NCBI GenBank assembly: GCA_963843575.1
Contig: CAWJKZ010000021.1
Coordinates: forward strand, 1 to 64,000
Direction of reading: 5' to 3'
Origin: an uncultured Acidobacteriota bacterium
GTDB lineage: Bacteria; Acidobacteriota; UBA6911
DNA: 64,000 nucleotides
The position numbers were made by a program, and so were the translations under genes. Positions 43,757 through 55,142 of the stretch are shown in pieces. The notes below the pieces were generated by a model. The model saw nothing but the letters and a program-made list of their open reading frames with translations. It was not told where the DNA came from and did no database searches. The number at the start of each line of letters is the position of its first letter. Position 1 is the first letter of the stretch.

Positions 43757-45217
43757 ATGAAAAAGATCCTCGGTATCGTCCTGTTTCTGGGGTTCGCTTT
43801 CCGGCTGGTCTTCCTCGGGAGGCGGCAACTCTGGACCGATGAGCTGATGCAGGCACTCGCCCTGCGCGCCGATTCGATTCCGGGGCTGCTCGAGAACCTG
43901 AGGAACGGCCTGGCGTGGCCGGCCCCTCTCGACTGCTTAATCCAGAGAGGGTTCGTCGTCCTGTTCGGGGAGGCGGCCTGGGCGTTGCGCCTGCACGCCG
44001 CACTTCTGGGCTCGCTCTCGCTGTGGTTTTTCTACCGCATCGCCTGCACGCTCTTTGGGCCGCGCGTCGCACTATATGCGACGGCGCTTTTCGCGTTCTA
44101 CCCCCTCCACCAACACTACAGCCAGGAAGCGGGTCCATATGCCCTGCTGGTGCTCCTGACGCTCGCGTCCTACGACCTGCTATTCCGGATTCTGTCGGAC
44201 CGGGCGGGGAGTCGCGGAGCCTCGTTGTGGGTCTGGTTATTCGTGGTCCAGACGCTCCTGCTGTACACGAGCATCCTGGGGATCGTGGTGCTCTTCTCGC
44301 AGGCGGCGGGATTGTGTCTGACCTGGTGGACGGGCCGCGGGATCCGCGAGGGTGCCGGGCCCCAGCCCGACGACGCGGTGCCCGATCTGGGCGCCCCTCG
44401 TCCTGCACAGCTGCTCGGGTATGCGGCGTCGGTCGTGTCGGCGTGTGCCCTTTACCTGCCCTGGCTTTGGTATTCCTGGGCGAAGCCGGGGATGGTTGCG
44501 CCGGGTCAGCTCCTGAGCCCGCGCGTGTTGCTGGTGGCCCTCAAAGGTATCGGCGACGACAGTTTCCCGGTTGCCGCACTCATTCTCGTCGGGGCGGCCA
44601 CGGGTATCCACGCTCTCAGACGGCACCGCCGGCGCCGGGCATTGCAGTGGCTGCTCACGTGGGCGCTGGCCGGGATACCCGCCGCCTGGGCCCTGGACCT
44701 GTGGAGCGGGTATTTTTTCTCTACCCGGCAGTTGGTCGCGGCCGCGCCCCCGCTGCTGCTGCTGATCGGATACGGGTTGGGGCATGTGGGCGAGCGGCTG
44801 ACTCTACTCGACGAGTTCCCGTACCGGCTCAGTTCTCCGGCGCAGGTCTATGCCGCTGCATTCTTGGTCCTGGCCCTCGCCCTCAGCGAACTGCACTGGC
44901 GCAAGGTGCCGGCGGACTGGGCGGGAACGGCGCAGTATCTGCGGGAGACGCTGCGCGGCGGCGATGAACTCAGCGCCCCCGCCATCTCCCCGCTACTCGA
45001 GTTCCACGCACCGTCCCTCGGGAAGTTCCGTTCGGCGGACCTGGATCCGGGCCCCGGCGGGCTCGTTCCTGCAGGCGGCCGCCGGCGGGTCGTGGTGTGT
45101 TTCAACGGGATGACGCCCGACCCTTGCCGCGGATTCCGTGCCGCCGTCGCCGGCAACCGGGCGTGGGTTCCGCGCCGGACGACCGGTTTCAGCGTGTTTG
45201 TGCGCGAGGGCAAGTGA
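43757..45217 (+). CDS. GT-C fold membrane glycosyltransferase (GT39/PMT-like)
   Basis: LWTDE, PAPL, ALRL, YSQEAGPYAL, many TM segments. Confidence 0.75.
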   Translation: MKKILGIVLFLGFAFRLVFLGRRQLWTDELMQALALRADSIPGLLENLRNGLAWPAPLDCLIQRGFVVLFGEAAWALRLHAALLGSLSLWFFYRIACTLFGPRVALYATALFAFYPLHQHYSQEAGPYALLVLLTLASYDLLFRILSDRAGSRGASLWVWLFVVQTLLLYTSILGIVVLFSQAAGLCLTWWTGRGIREGAGPQPDDAVPDLGAPRPAQLLGYAASVVSACALYLPWLWYSWAKPGMVAPGQLLSPRVLLVALKGIGDDSFPVAALILVGAATGIHALRRHRRRRALQWLLTWALAGIPAAWALDLWSGYFFSTRQLVAAAPPLLLLIGYGLGHVGERLTLLDEFPYRLSSPAQVYAAAFLVLALALSELHWRKVPADWAGTAQYLRETLRGGDELSAPAISPLLEFHAPSLGKFRSADLDPGPGGLVPAGGRRRVVVCFNGMTPDPCRGFRAAVAGNRAWVPRRTTGFSVFVREGK

Positions 45218-45233
45218 GGGGGGGGAAGATCCC

Positions 45234-45788
45234 CTATTTCCCCTGGTAGATGTGGCTCTTGAGGATCCCGACAGAGCTCAGGTTGCGGTAGCGCTGGTTG
45301 TAGTCGAGGCCGAATCCCACCACGAATCTGTCCGGTATTTCGAAGCAGCGGTACTTCACCGGTATGTCGACGAGCCTGCGGGTCGATTTGTCGAGGAACG
45401 TGCAGACCGCAAGGCTGTTGGGCTGCCGCCCCGAAAGTACGTTCAGGAGATAACGCAGGGTCAGGCCGGTGTCGACGATGTCCTCGACGACCAGCACGTC
45501 GAGTCCGTGAATGTCCTGGTCGAGGTCCTTTGCGATCCGGACCACTCCCGGCAATGCCCGCCCGGGGGAAAAGCTGGCGATGCCGAGGAAGTCGATCCGT
45601 ACGGGGATATTCAAGGCATGCGCGAGATAGGTGAGGAAGAAGACCGCTCCCTTAAGCACCCCAACCAGCATCAACTCGCGCCCTTCGTAGTCGCGGGAGA
45701 TCTCGTCGGCGAGTTCCTGGATTCTCCGCTCGATGTGCTCGCGGGTGAACAGCACCCGTTCCAGATCGTCCTCGATTCCGGTGGTCAC
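45234..45788 (-). CDS. hpt: Hypoxanthine phosphoribosyltransferase
   Basis: GVLKGA, VLVVEDIVDTGLTL PRPP loop, FVVGFGLDY...RNL. Confidence 0.93.
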   Translation of the reverse strand: MTTGIEDDLERVLFTREHIERRIQELADEISRDYEGRELMLVGVLKGAVFFLTYLAHALNIPVRIDFLGIASFSPGRALPGVVRIAKDLDQDIHGLDVLVVEDIVDTGLTLRYLLNVLSGRQPNSLAVCTFLDKSTRRLVDIPVKYRCFEIPDRFVVGFGLDYNQRYRNLSSVGILKSHIYQGK

Positions 45789-46771
45789 TGGGTGGTGGGC
45801 TCCTTCGCCGTGTATTTAAAGATAAGGTCCTCGAAGTCCTTCTGGTACAGAAGCCTTATTTTGACGTCGGGATAGAGCTCGAGCAACCGCCGCACCTTCC
45901 GGTTTTTCTTGGTGACCAGGGACTGCTTCATCGTGGTCAGCTCGACGTAGAGGTCACTGTCGGGCAGATAGAAATCTGGTGAAAACGCCTCGACCATGTT
46001 GCCCGCGGAATCGTACCTGAGCGGGAACGTCCGGGGTTCGTACTGCCACCGGATGCCGTAGAAGTCGAGGAGTCGAGCGAACACGAGTTCGCTCGGGTGG
46101 GCGAACTGTGTGAGACTCTGACTGTTTTCGAGCGAGAGCCGCGTCAGCGCGCGCAGCAGTCGGATCTGGTTGCGCAACCGGGCGCGTTCCACGGTTTCGC
46201 TCGACACCATCCCGAAGTCGGTCAGGTTTTTCAGCCTGGCGGCCACCAGAATGAGTTCGACCGTTTTCGACACGTCCAGGGCGCCCGTGTTGATCACGAG
46301 GTCGTAACGTTCTGGGGCGTCCGAAGGGCGGCGGAAGCTGGAGCGGAGAAACCGGGTGTGGCGTCGGTCGTGCTCCTCGAGTTCCGCCAGTGCGGCCTCG
46401 AAGGACGCTCCGGAATCCTGCATGACGTTATGGGCGCGCACGTCCCGTGTGGCGATCACCCGGATGCGGAGTGCGTTCGGGAAGGCCCGGAAGATGAACT
46501 GCCCGCCCCCCTCGAGCACCACGAGGTCGTTCAGTACGGACATGTCGGTCAGGATGGCCGAGATCAGGTTGGCAAACACCTTGCTGGTCTGGCTGTTCGG
46601 GGCCGTCCCCGACAGTTGCCCCGACAGGGAATAATCGAGCCGGTACTTCTCCCGGATGATATCGTCGATCTTAGCGGGTGTGACCAGTGTGAAGCCGAGT
46701 TGGTGGGCGACTTCTCTCGCCACGACGTCTCCGCGGCTCCCATGTTGTTCCGATATCGTGATTATGGACAA
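45785..46771 (-). CDS. Cytidylate-kinase-like domain fused to a PD-(D/E)XK-like domain
   Basis: IITISEQHGSRG...YDLVINT (CMK-like); FAHPSE, YEPRTF, PDFYLP, YVELTT C-terminal domain. Confidence 0.7.
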   Translation of the reverse strand: MSIITISEQHGSRGDVVAREVAHQLGFTLVTPAKIDDIIREKYRLDYSLSGQLSGTAPNSQTSKVFANLISAILTDMSVLNDLVVLEGGGQFIFRAFPNALRIRVIATRDVRAHNVMQDSGASFEAALAELEEHDRRHTRFLRSSFRRPSDAPERYDLVINTGALDVSKTVELILVAARLKNLTDFGMVSSETVERARLRNQIRLLRALTRLSLENSQSLTQFAHPSELVFARLLDFYGIRWQYEPRTFPLRYDSAGNMVEAFSPDFYLPDSDLYVELTTMKQSLVTKKNRKVRRLLELYPDVKIRLLYQKDFEDLIFKYTAKEPTTQ

Positions 46772-46983
46772 TCCGTTCGCCGGCTCTCGCTTTCCCGTGC
46801 CCCGCGCGGCACACCGCATTCGCCGGGCGCGATTCCGCCGTCCCCGAGCGGTTGTTTACCACATCGTCCGCGCTTCGACAACACCCCGCATTCGGGAGCC
46901 GCTTCCGGGAATGGGAGCGCGGCCGTGTGGTAGCATGGACTGCGGGGACGGGGGAGGCGTTGTTCGTTGAACGGAGACCTGGT

Positions 46984-47865
46984 ATGGCCGAATGGTTGCG
47001 TCGAAGCGCCCTGTACGTGCCGGGGGACAGTGAGAAGATGCTGCAGCGCGCCGCCAGCGCTGGTGCGGACATGCTCTTGTTAAACCTGGAGGACGGGGTC
47101 GCGTCGTCGCGGAAGGCTGTCGCCCGCGTAAACGTCGCGAGAGCCCTGGACACGGCCGGGTTCGGGGCCGCCGAAGTGGTGGTACGGATCAACCCGCTGC
47201 AGACCGACAACGGGGTGCAGGACCTCGCCGCGGTCGTGCCGTCGCGCCCTCACGGGATCTGCCTGCCGAAGGTGGAGGGCGCCGGGCACCTCAAGGATGC
47301 GGATGCCGCTCTCCGGGAACTCGAAACGGCGCACAACATCCCCGAGGGGAGCCTCCGGCTGCACGCGATGATCGAGTCCGCCGCCGCGGTCCTGCACGCG
47401 CCCGAGATCGCCCGCGCCAGCGCGCGGATGGGCTCGCTCGTTTTTGGTTTGGCCGACTACGCGGCCGACGTCGGCTGCCGCCCAGGCCCGGACCGATCCG
47501 AACTCTCATTTGCCCTGCAGATGATCGTCACCTCCGCGCGTGCCGCAGGGATCGACGCCCTGGACGCCCCCTGCTTCGATCTCGGCAACCTGGAGCGGTT
47601 GCGCGACGAGTCCGAGCGCGCGCGGCGCATCGGGTTCACCGGAAAAAGCGCACTGCACCCGGCTCAGCTTGAGATCATTCACGACGTGTTCCGGGTCAAC
47701 GCGGAGGAGATCGCCTGGGCCGAAAGGGTGCTGGACGAGCTCGACCGGGCGGAGGAGCGAGGTCGAGCCCTGTCCACCATCGACGGGAACCTGATCGACA
47801 ACCCGCATCGGATTGCCGCCGAACGGATCCTACGCCGCAAGCCGCGGGATCCCGCCCGGGAATGA
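46984..47865 (+). CDS. CitE/HpcH-HpaI family CoA-ester lyase
   Basis: RRSALYVPG, LEDGV, VVRIN, LPKVE, MIES, GFTGKSALHP. Confidence 0.9.
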   Translation: MAEWLRRSALYVPGDSEKMLQRAASAGADMLLLNLEDGVASSRKAVARVNVARALDTAGFGAAEVVVRINPLQTDNGVQDLAAVVPSRPHGICLPKVEGAGHLKDADAALRELETAHNIPEGSLRLHAMIESAAAVLHAPEIARASARMGSLVFGLADYAADVGCRPGPDRSELSFALQMIVTSARAAGIDALDAPCFDLGNLERLRDESERARRIGFTGKSALHPAQLEIIHDVFRVNAEEIAWAERVLDELDRAEERGRALSTIDGNLIDNPHRIAAERILRRKPRDPARE

Positions 47866-48011
47866 ACCGTCTTCATCGGCCGGACCCGCTCCCCGGTTCC
47901 GGGCCTTCGCCGCAGACGTGCGAACGATTAAAGGCATGCAGGCGGCGCCGGGCGTCGGGCGCGAGCCGTGATATCATCCCATGCTATTATCCATAGACTT
48001 AGCCGGGAACA

Positions 48012-51000
48012 ATGGCAGCCAAGATCTGGAGAATCGGTTACCGGGCCCGCCGCACGTGGGTCGCGTACTTCGTCGCGCTGGTCGGTTTGGCGGTCACGGC
48101 CGTCGCCGCGGCCTATGTCGCGCGTGCCACGCGCGACAAGGATCAGGCGCGCTATGAAAGTACGGCCTGGCACATGTCCGACTCCATCCAGCACAGCATC
48201 GACACCTACATCGCCATATTGCAGGGGGGGGCCGGCCTGTTTGCGGCTTACCCCTCGGTAACCCGCGAGGTGTTCCAATCGTACGTCGCGAGGATGGAAC
48301 TCTCGGAGCGGTTCCGCGGGGTGCAGGGTGTGGGGTTTGCGGAGCGGGTCGCAAGGCGTGACCGGCAGGCCTTCGTGGAACGCATGCGGCGGGCCGGGAT
48401 CAAGCGCCTCATCCCAGGGGCAGCGGAACTGCCGTTTGACATCTGGACCCTCGGGGCGGACCAGGAGTTTCCGGAACAATACCCGATCGTCTTTCTCGAG
48501 GAGATGGATCGGCGGAACAAGGCGGCGATCGGCTTCGACATGTTCTCGGATCCCGTGAGACGCGAAGCGATGGAGCGTGCGCGGGACCTTGGTCGCGCGG
48601 CGGCTTCGGGGAAGGTCAGGCTGGTCCAGGAGATCGACGAACCGAAGCAGGCGGGCTTCCTGATCTATGTCCCCGTCTATCGGGGCGGGCGCATTCCGGA
48701 GTCGGTGGCCGAAAGGCGGGCGCTGATTCTGGGCTACGTCTACAGCCCGTTCCGCGCGGACGATCTGCTCCGCAGCGTCTCGCAACCCGAGGGGATGTCG
48801 GGGCTGGATTTTTCCGTCTACGACGGCACCCAGCGCCGGGAGGAAGATCGGATTTACTCCTCGGGTGCTCAGCGGCGGGTGGGTGAGCAGGCGGCGGCCT
48901 TCACGTCGATTTCGACCGTCGACGTCGCGGGGCGGCAGTGGACGGCCCTGTTTGCGTCCAACGCCCGGTTCGAATCCTCGTCGGGACGGAGCTTCATCGG
49001 CTGGGTCGGGTTTTGGGGAGCCCTCATCACCTTTCTCCTGTTCATCGCAACCCGCTCGCAGGCCAGGGCGAGGGCGACGGCCGAGGACGGGGCAGCAGAA
49101 CTGCGCGCCTCGGAGCTCGCCCTGAGGCTGAGCGAGGCGCGTGCCAGGCGGCTGTTCGAGTCGAGCCTGATCGGGATCGTCTACTGGGATGTGTCCGGCC
49201 GGATCGTCGACGCCAACGAAGCATTCCTGGAGCTGGTGCAGTACTCGCCCGAGGACCTCGAGGCTGGAGCGCTGACGTGGTCCGAGCTTACCCCTGGTGA
49301 GTATGTCGAGGCCGACGCGCGCTCGGGTCTGGCGTTGGCCACCGAGGGGATGCACGCGCCTTATGAGAAGGAGTTTTTCCGCAAGGGCGGCGGCCGAGTG
49401 CCGGTCCTGGTGGGGAACGCTCGGGTCGAAGGTTCTGACGGCCTGAACGTGGGGTTCGTCGTCGATTTGAGCGAGAGAAGGCGCGCGGAACAGGCCGAGC
49501 GCGCAAGCGAGGAGCGGCTCCGCCTGACCGCGGACGCGGTCCCCGCGCTGATCTCCTACATAGACGACCAGGCCCGGTACCGGCTGACCAACCGTGCGTT
49601 CGAAGAGTGGTTCGGGTTCTCGCGCGAGCAGGCCTACGGCAAGCCCATGCGCGCGGTACTCGGCGACGACAACTACGCCCGTCTCGAGCCGCACCTCCGG
49701 ATGGCGCTCTCGGGACGGCCGGTCAATTTCGAGGCGAGGCTCGATACGCGGGGCGGGCGGAAGCGCGATATTCAAGGGGCCTACATCCCCGACCTGGAGC
49801 CGAACGGGAGCGTCCGTGGACTGGTGGGGTTCATCAACGACATTACCGACAGGAAGCAGGCCGAGGAGGAGCGCAGCCGGCTACTCGCCCGCGAACGCGA
49901 GGCACGGTCGGAAGCCGAAACCCTGAACCGGATCGGCCGCAGCCTTTCGGCGGAGCTGGACATCGACAAGCTGGTGCAGGGGCTCACCGATGCGGCCACG
50001 ATGCTGACGGGTGCGAGATTCGGGGCGTTCCTTCAGATGTCGCCCTCGGCCGGCGGGGCTCCCGCAGCGCACGCGGTTTCGGGGGATTTCTCCGGCAGCC
50101 GCTCGCCGGAGTGGTGGGGGCGCCTCATCCCGGCCGGCGTGTCCCTCGGCGGCGATCCGGTGCGCATGGACGAACCGGTCGGGCAGGCCGCCGCGGCCGG
50201 GGGCGCCGGCCCGGCGATCCGCAGCCACCTGTCGGTTCCGGTGCGGTCGCGAGCCGGGGAGGTGTTTGGCGCACTGCTGGTGGGTCACACCGAGCCAAGC
50301 CGCTTTACCGAACACCACGAGCGCATCCTGAACGGCATCGCCGCGCAGGCAGCGGTCGCCCTCGACAACGCCCGGCTTTATCGGTCCAACGAGGAAGCGC
50401 GCCAGGAGGCCGTCGCGGCCAACCGGACCAAGGATGAGTTCCTGGCGATTGTCTCGCATGAGTTGCGCACTCCCCTGAACGCGATCCTCGGCTGGGCCCA
50501 CCTGCTGCGTCAAGGGCGGCTGGATCCCGAGCAGTCCGCACGCGGGATCGAGACTATCGAGAGGAACGCCCGGGCGCAGGCGCAGCTGATCGGTGATCTC
50601 CTGGACGTTTCGCGTATCGTGTCGGGGAAGCTGCGGCTGGAGCGGCAGGAGGTGAACCTCTGCTCGGTGGTCGAGGCCGCGATCGAGACCGTCGCCCCGG
50701 AGAGCGCGGCCAAGGGCGTGCGTGTCGAGAGCAATCTGGACCCGGTGGCCGTGGTGGGCGACCCGGGACGATTGCAGCAGGTGGTCTGGAACCTGCTGTC
50801 GAACGCCATCAAATTCACTCCGTCTGGAGGATCGGTACAGGTCACCCTGTCTCGCGGAACGGGAAGCGCCGAAATCCGCGTCGCCGACACCGGGAGCGGA
50901 ATCCCGGCGAACCTGCTGCCGCACATTTTCGACCGGTTTCGGCAGGGGGAGTCCTCGTCGATGCGCAAGCACGGGGGGCTCGGTCTCGGGTTGGCCATCG

Positions 51001-51554
51001 TCCGCAATATCGTCGAACTGCACGAGGGCACCGTGCAGGCTGCGAGTGCCGGCGAGGGGAAAGGATCCGAGTTCACCGTCAATCTCCCGGTGTCCCGCAC
51101 CCAGGCGGCGCCGCCCGATGATGTGCGCGATGCCGCACCCGGCCCGGTTCCGCTCAACGGACTGCGGGCGCTCGTCGTGGAGGATGAGCGGGATGCCCGT
51201 GACCTAGTCTCCGTCGCACTCGAACATGCCGGCGCACGTGTGCTCGCCGTGGACTCGGCCGCCCGGGCGTTTGTGGCGGTCCGGACGTTTCGTCCGGACG
51301 TCGTGATCAGCGACATCGGGATGCCGGGCGAGGATGGGTACGCCCTGCTGGGCAGGATCCGGGCGGCCAGCGAACTTGTCCCGGCCGTGGCCCTGACGGC
51401 CTTTGCCGGCGAAGAAGATCGGCACCGCGCCATGAGCGCCGGCTTTCAGGCGCACATCGCCAAGCCGGTCGATCCCGAACGCCTCATCCTCCTAGTGGCG
51501 CGGCTGACGGGACGGGACGGCCCCGCAGAAGGGGCCCAGGCCCCGCGACGCTGA
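48012..51554 (+). CDS. Hybrid sensor histidine kinase (CHASE-PAS-PAS-GAF-HisKA-HATPase-REC)
   Basis: AIGFDMFSDPVRREAM (CHASE), SHELRTPLNAI, NLLSNAIKFT, GGLGLGL, SDIGMP. Confidence 0.93.
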   Translation: MAAKIWRIGYRARRTWVAYFVALVGLAVTAVAAAYVARATRDKDQARYESTAWHMSDSIQHSIDTYIAILQGGAGLFAAYPSVTREVFQSYVARMELSERFRGVQGVGFAERVARRDRQAFVERMRRAGIKRLIPGAAELPFDIWTLGADQEFPEQYPIVFLEEMDRRNKAAIGFDMFSDPVRREAMERARDLGRAAASGKVRLVQEIDEPKQAGFLIYVPVYRGGRIPESVAERRALILGYVYSPFRADDLLRSVSQPEGMSGLDFSVYDGTQRREEDRIYSSGAQRRVGEQAAAFTSISTVDVAGRQWTALFASNARFESSSGRSFIGWVGFWGALITFLLFIATRSQARARATAEDGAAELRASELALRLSEARARRLFESSLIGIVYWDVSGRIVDANEAFLELVQYSPEDLEAGALTWSELTPGEYVEADARSGLALATEGMHAPYEKEFFRKGGGRVPVLVGNARVEGSDGLNVGFVVDLSERRRAEQAERASEERLRLTADAVPALISYIDDQARYRLTNRAFEEWFGFSREQAYGKPMRAVLGDDNYARLEPHLRMALSGRPVNFEARLDTRGGRKRDIQGAYIPDLEPNGSVRGLVGFINDITDRKQAEEERSRLLAREREARSEAETLNRIGRSLSAELDIDKLVQGLTDAATMLTGARFGAFLQMSPSAGGAPAAHAVSGDFSGSRSPEWWGRLIPAGVSLGGDPVRMDEPVGQAAAAGGAGPAIRSHLSVPVRSRAGEVFGALLVGHTEPSRFTEHHERILNGIAAQAAVALDNARLYRSNEEARQEAVAANRTKDEFLAIVSHELRTPLNAILGWAHLLRQGRLDPEQSARGIETIERNARAQAQLIGDLLDVSRIVSGKLRLERQEVNLCSVVEAAIETVAPESAAKGVRVESNLDPVAVVGDPGRLQQVVWNLLSNAIKFTPSGGSVQVTLSRGTGSAEIRVADTGSGIPANLLPHIFDRFRQGESSSMRKHGGLGLGLAIVRNIVELHEGTVQAASAGEGKGSEFTVNLPVSRTQAAPPDDVRDAAPGPVPLNGLRALVVEDERDARDLVSVALEHAGARVLAVDSAARAFVAVRTFRPDVVISDIGMPGEDGYALLGRIRAASELVPAVALTAFAGEEDRHRAMSAGFQAHIAKPVDPERLILLVARLTGRDGPAEGAQAPRR

Positions 51555-51606
51555 AGCTTCGATCCAGCCAGACGGGGTGTGCCCGACCCTGTGATAACAT
51601 TGCATC

Positions 51607-54064
51607 ATGCTCCAAGCTACAGCCCGGAGGTGTTTTCTGCCTCCCCTGTTCCTCTTGCTGTTCCCCGGTCTCGTCGGTGCCCAGGAATTGGCGGGCAGAG
51701 TCATCGACGAGAACGGCGTCGCCGTTCCCGGAGCCCGGCTGGCAATCGAATGTGACGGCTCGGACCTTCCCCTGGTCGCGGTCACGGACGAAGCCGGGCG
51801 CTTCCTCGTGCGCGGCATCCCCGCGGGCCGATCTTCGCTCCGGGTCGATAAGCTCGGTTTCTATGCGTTTGTCTCGGAACTGACGATCACAGGGAACCCG
51901 GCTCCGCTGGAGATCATGTTGAACCATACCCAGGAGTTCGAGGAAACGGTCAACGTCGTCTACTCGGTCCCCAAAGTCGATCCCAAGGAGACGGCGGCGC
52001 AGGATACTCTGACGGCCGAGGTGATCCAGGACCTGCCTTTTTCGTCGACGCATGACTTCCGCAATTCGCTCCCTCTGATACCGGGGGTGTACAAGGATAA
52101 CGCGGGGCGCGTGCATATCGGGGGCGCAGGCGAAGACCAGGCGTACTACAGCCTCGACGGGTTCAACGTCACCAGCCCGGGCTCCGGCACGCTGCAGAAC
52201 CGCATATCGGTGGATGCCCTGCGCTCCGTTACCGTCGAGACCAGTCGCTACTCGGCGGAGTACGGCAAAGGTTCGGCCGGCGTACTCGCGCTGGAGACCG
52301 CCCGGGGAGACGATCACTATCGCTTCTCGGCGACCAATTTTCTGCCGTCCTACGAGTTTCACAACGGCCTGACCCTGAGCAACTGGACACCGCGGGTCAC
52401 GGTCTCGGGGCCGATCGTGCGGGGCCGGGCCTGGTTTTTCAACGCGCTCGACCTCCAGTACGAGATGAACATCGTGGATTCGCTGCCGTCCACCGCCAAC
52501 ACCAACCGCAACTGGCACGGCAGCAACATGAGCGTGTTTCAGGTTCATCTGACCAACACCAACATCCTGACGACCAGTCTGCTCGTCAATTTTCAGAACT
52601 CCCGTCACCTGGGCATCTCCCCGCTCGACCCGGTCGAGACCAGCCGCAACCGCAGGGAGCGGTTCTACTTCTTCAGCGTAAAAGACCAGGCCTACCTCGA
52701 AGGGGGCTGGGTGCTTGAGACCGGGGCCGGGATGAACCGACTTGGACACGCGCGAGAGGCCCCTCGGACAGGCGGTGTATACGATCGCCCCGCAGGGGCG
52801 GTCCGGCAACTACTTCCGGTCAATGGAGGGCGAGGTCGAGCGGCTCCAGGCCCTCGCCAACCTGCTCGCTCCGGTCTGGAACTGGAAAGGGGAGCACCGC
52901 CTCAAGTTCGGCGTCGATGCCAACCGGGTGCATTTCGCACAGGAGTCCTCACGCCATGCCTTTGAGGTGCGGCGCCTCTCGAACGCCCTGTCGCGCAGGG
53001 TGGCTTTCGATGGCGTTCCCGTATATGCCCGCGACAGCTCCGAGTTCAGCGCCTTCGGCCAGGACCGCTGGTCCCCCACGGACAATGTCGAGGTCGAGGC
53101 AGGGATTCGGCTCGACTGGGACCAGGTGCTGCGTCAGCCGCAACTTTCGCCGCGGCTTGCCGTGACGTGGGCACCGGTCGGGATACCCGAGTCCAAGCTC
53201 AGCGCCGGGGTCGGCGTTTTCTACGATGCCGTCAACCTCGGGATGCTCACCCGGCCCCTGGATCAGAGGCGCTCCGACGCCTTTTTCGCCGCCGACGGGA
53301 CGACCCTGATCGGCGGGCCTTTCTGGTCGCGCTACGCCGCGGATGAAAGGCGTCTCAAGGCGCCCTCGTATTTCAACTGGAGTGTCGGCTGGGAGCAGCG
53401 CCTCCCGCGCGCCTTCTACCTGCGGACGAACTACACCCGCAAGCGCGGGCGAAACGGCTGGTCGTACGATCTGCAGCCGACCTTGCCGGGCGTCGTGCCC
53501 GCCGAGAAGGTGTTTGTGCTCGGGAATGCGAGACGGGACAGGTACTCGTACCTGGAGTTCACGCTGTTTCGCGCCTTCTCCCAGCGTTACAGCTGGCTGC
53601 TGTCGTACGCCCGCTCGAGCGCGCACTCTTCGGCCGTGATCGACTACTCGCTCGAGAACCCCGTTTTCGGGCCGCAGGGGAGCGGTCCTCTCGACTGGGA
53701 CACGCCGAACCGGCTGATCACGTGGGGCCTCCTGCCGACGCCGCTGCTGAAGCGATACAGCATCGCCTATTTCGCCGAGTGGCACAGCGGGTTTCCCTAC
53801 AGCGCGGTCAATGATATGCAGGAACTCGTGGGAGCACCGAACGCGCTCCGTTTCCCCGACTATTTCAGCCTCAACCTGCACGTGGAACGGCGGTTTCGAT
53901 TCTGGCGCCATCAATGGGCGCTACGGGCGGGATTCAACAACCTCACCAGTCACCACAATCCCATGGTCGTCAACAACAACACCGGGTCAGCGGAGTTCGG
54001 CCAGTTCGGGGGCGGGCAGGGGAGGGTATTCACGGGCCGGATCCGTTTCCTGGGCAAGAACTGA
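51607..54064 (+). CDS. TonB-dependent-receptor-like outer-membrane protein with carboxypeptidase regulatory-like N-domain; frameshift near 52745
   Basis: Signal peptide, GRVIDENG, plug LPLIPGV...LDGF...AEYG, beta-barrel pattern, terminal GRIRF. Confidence 0.78.
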
Positions 54065-54090
54065 TCCTGCAGCTTCCCGCTTGGTGGGCT

Positions 54091-54918
54091 TCATGCGGCG
54101 TGGGGCGCGATTCGGAAGATGACCGTGTGCAGGATGGTCTCCAGGCAACGCCCGTCCGCGAACAGGGCCACGTCGAGCACCACGATGTGGTTCCCCTCGC
54201 TCTCGTACCTGTCGTGCACCCGCGCGCGGGTTTCCACCACGCACTCCTCCCGCTGCGCATGATACTTACGCACCGAACTGGACAGGTTGATCCAAGGGGG
54301 CAGGTCGAAGTTCGCCGCCAGTATGTCGTTGGCACGGCTGACGAGCCAGCCGGGGTGAAGGGCCCGCAGGTACAGCGGGTGATGATCCCTGATCTGTTTC
54401 TGACAGTACTCCCAGTGCGCGATGCGCGTGAATTCCGAGGATATCGGGGTCAGGGGCTGTCCGGGCTCCAGCCGGTCGAGCGCGATGGTGCGCCGCGGAG
54501 TGCTTTTTCGGGCCGGGTAGTCGCCCGGTTGCGGCGCGTGACCCTTCGGGTGATCCGAGAGTGTCGCGGTCCCGGTCCCGCAGTCGATGCCTTGCGGATT
54601 TACCGCGCTATAAGAGACCGTGACTGTTCCCTCGTCGTCGACGCCTGAGACAAGCCCGCCGATCCGTACCTCCTCGCCGTCGTAGACCGGGTGAACCATC
54701 CGGACTTCGGCCGTGCCCCGGGCAAGCCAGTCCTCGCCAAAGAACTCGACGAGGCTGCGAGACATGTAGGCGTAAACAGAGACTCCAGGGACGACGCAGC
54801 CCGCGAAACCGTAACGTCGGGCGTACTCCTCGTTGTGAATGAGGTTCGCCGAATCGGACTCGTGGTTCAGTGCCTTGACGCGATACTCGGGAAGGCGTGA
54901 ACCCACCGCGTACGCCAT
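54091..54918 (-). CDS. Double hot-dog (MaoC-like) dehydratase-family protein
   Basis: NLIHNEEYARRYGF..VPGV, PVYDGE hydratase-like motifs, duplicated fold. Confidence 0.65.
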   Translation of the reverse strand: MAYAVGSRLPEYRVKALNHESDSANLIHNEEYARRYGFAGCVVPGVSVYAYMSRSLVEFFGEDWLARGTAEVRMVHPVYDGEEVRIGGLVSGVDDEGTVTVSYSAVNPQGIDCGTGTATLSDHPKGHAPQPGDYPARKSTPRRTIALDRLEPGQPLTPISSEFTRIAHWEYCQKQIRDHHPLYLRALHPGWLVSRANDILAANFDLPPWINLSSSVRKYHAQREECVVETRARVHDRYESEGNHIVVLDVALFADGRCLETILHTVIFRIAPHAA

Positions 54919-55142
54919 TGCATCCGCCCTGCCGGGACTCGCCCGGCTGCCCTACCTGCCTGCTGAAAGTTTAGCCCCGTATCTTATAGGAAGCGAGTAT
55001 CTCGGAACAGCTGAGAATTCCCCCGCCCGCGCGGGAGAGTGAGCCGGTGCGTATTCCGCCATGCCCACCCGCAGCGGTTTGCGGTAATATAATGCGCGCG
55101 TGGCGCGGCTGGCCGCATCGAACTTTCAATGCCGGAGCGAGG

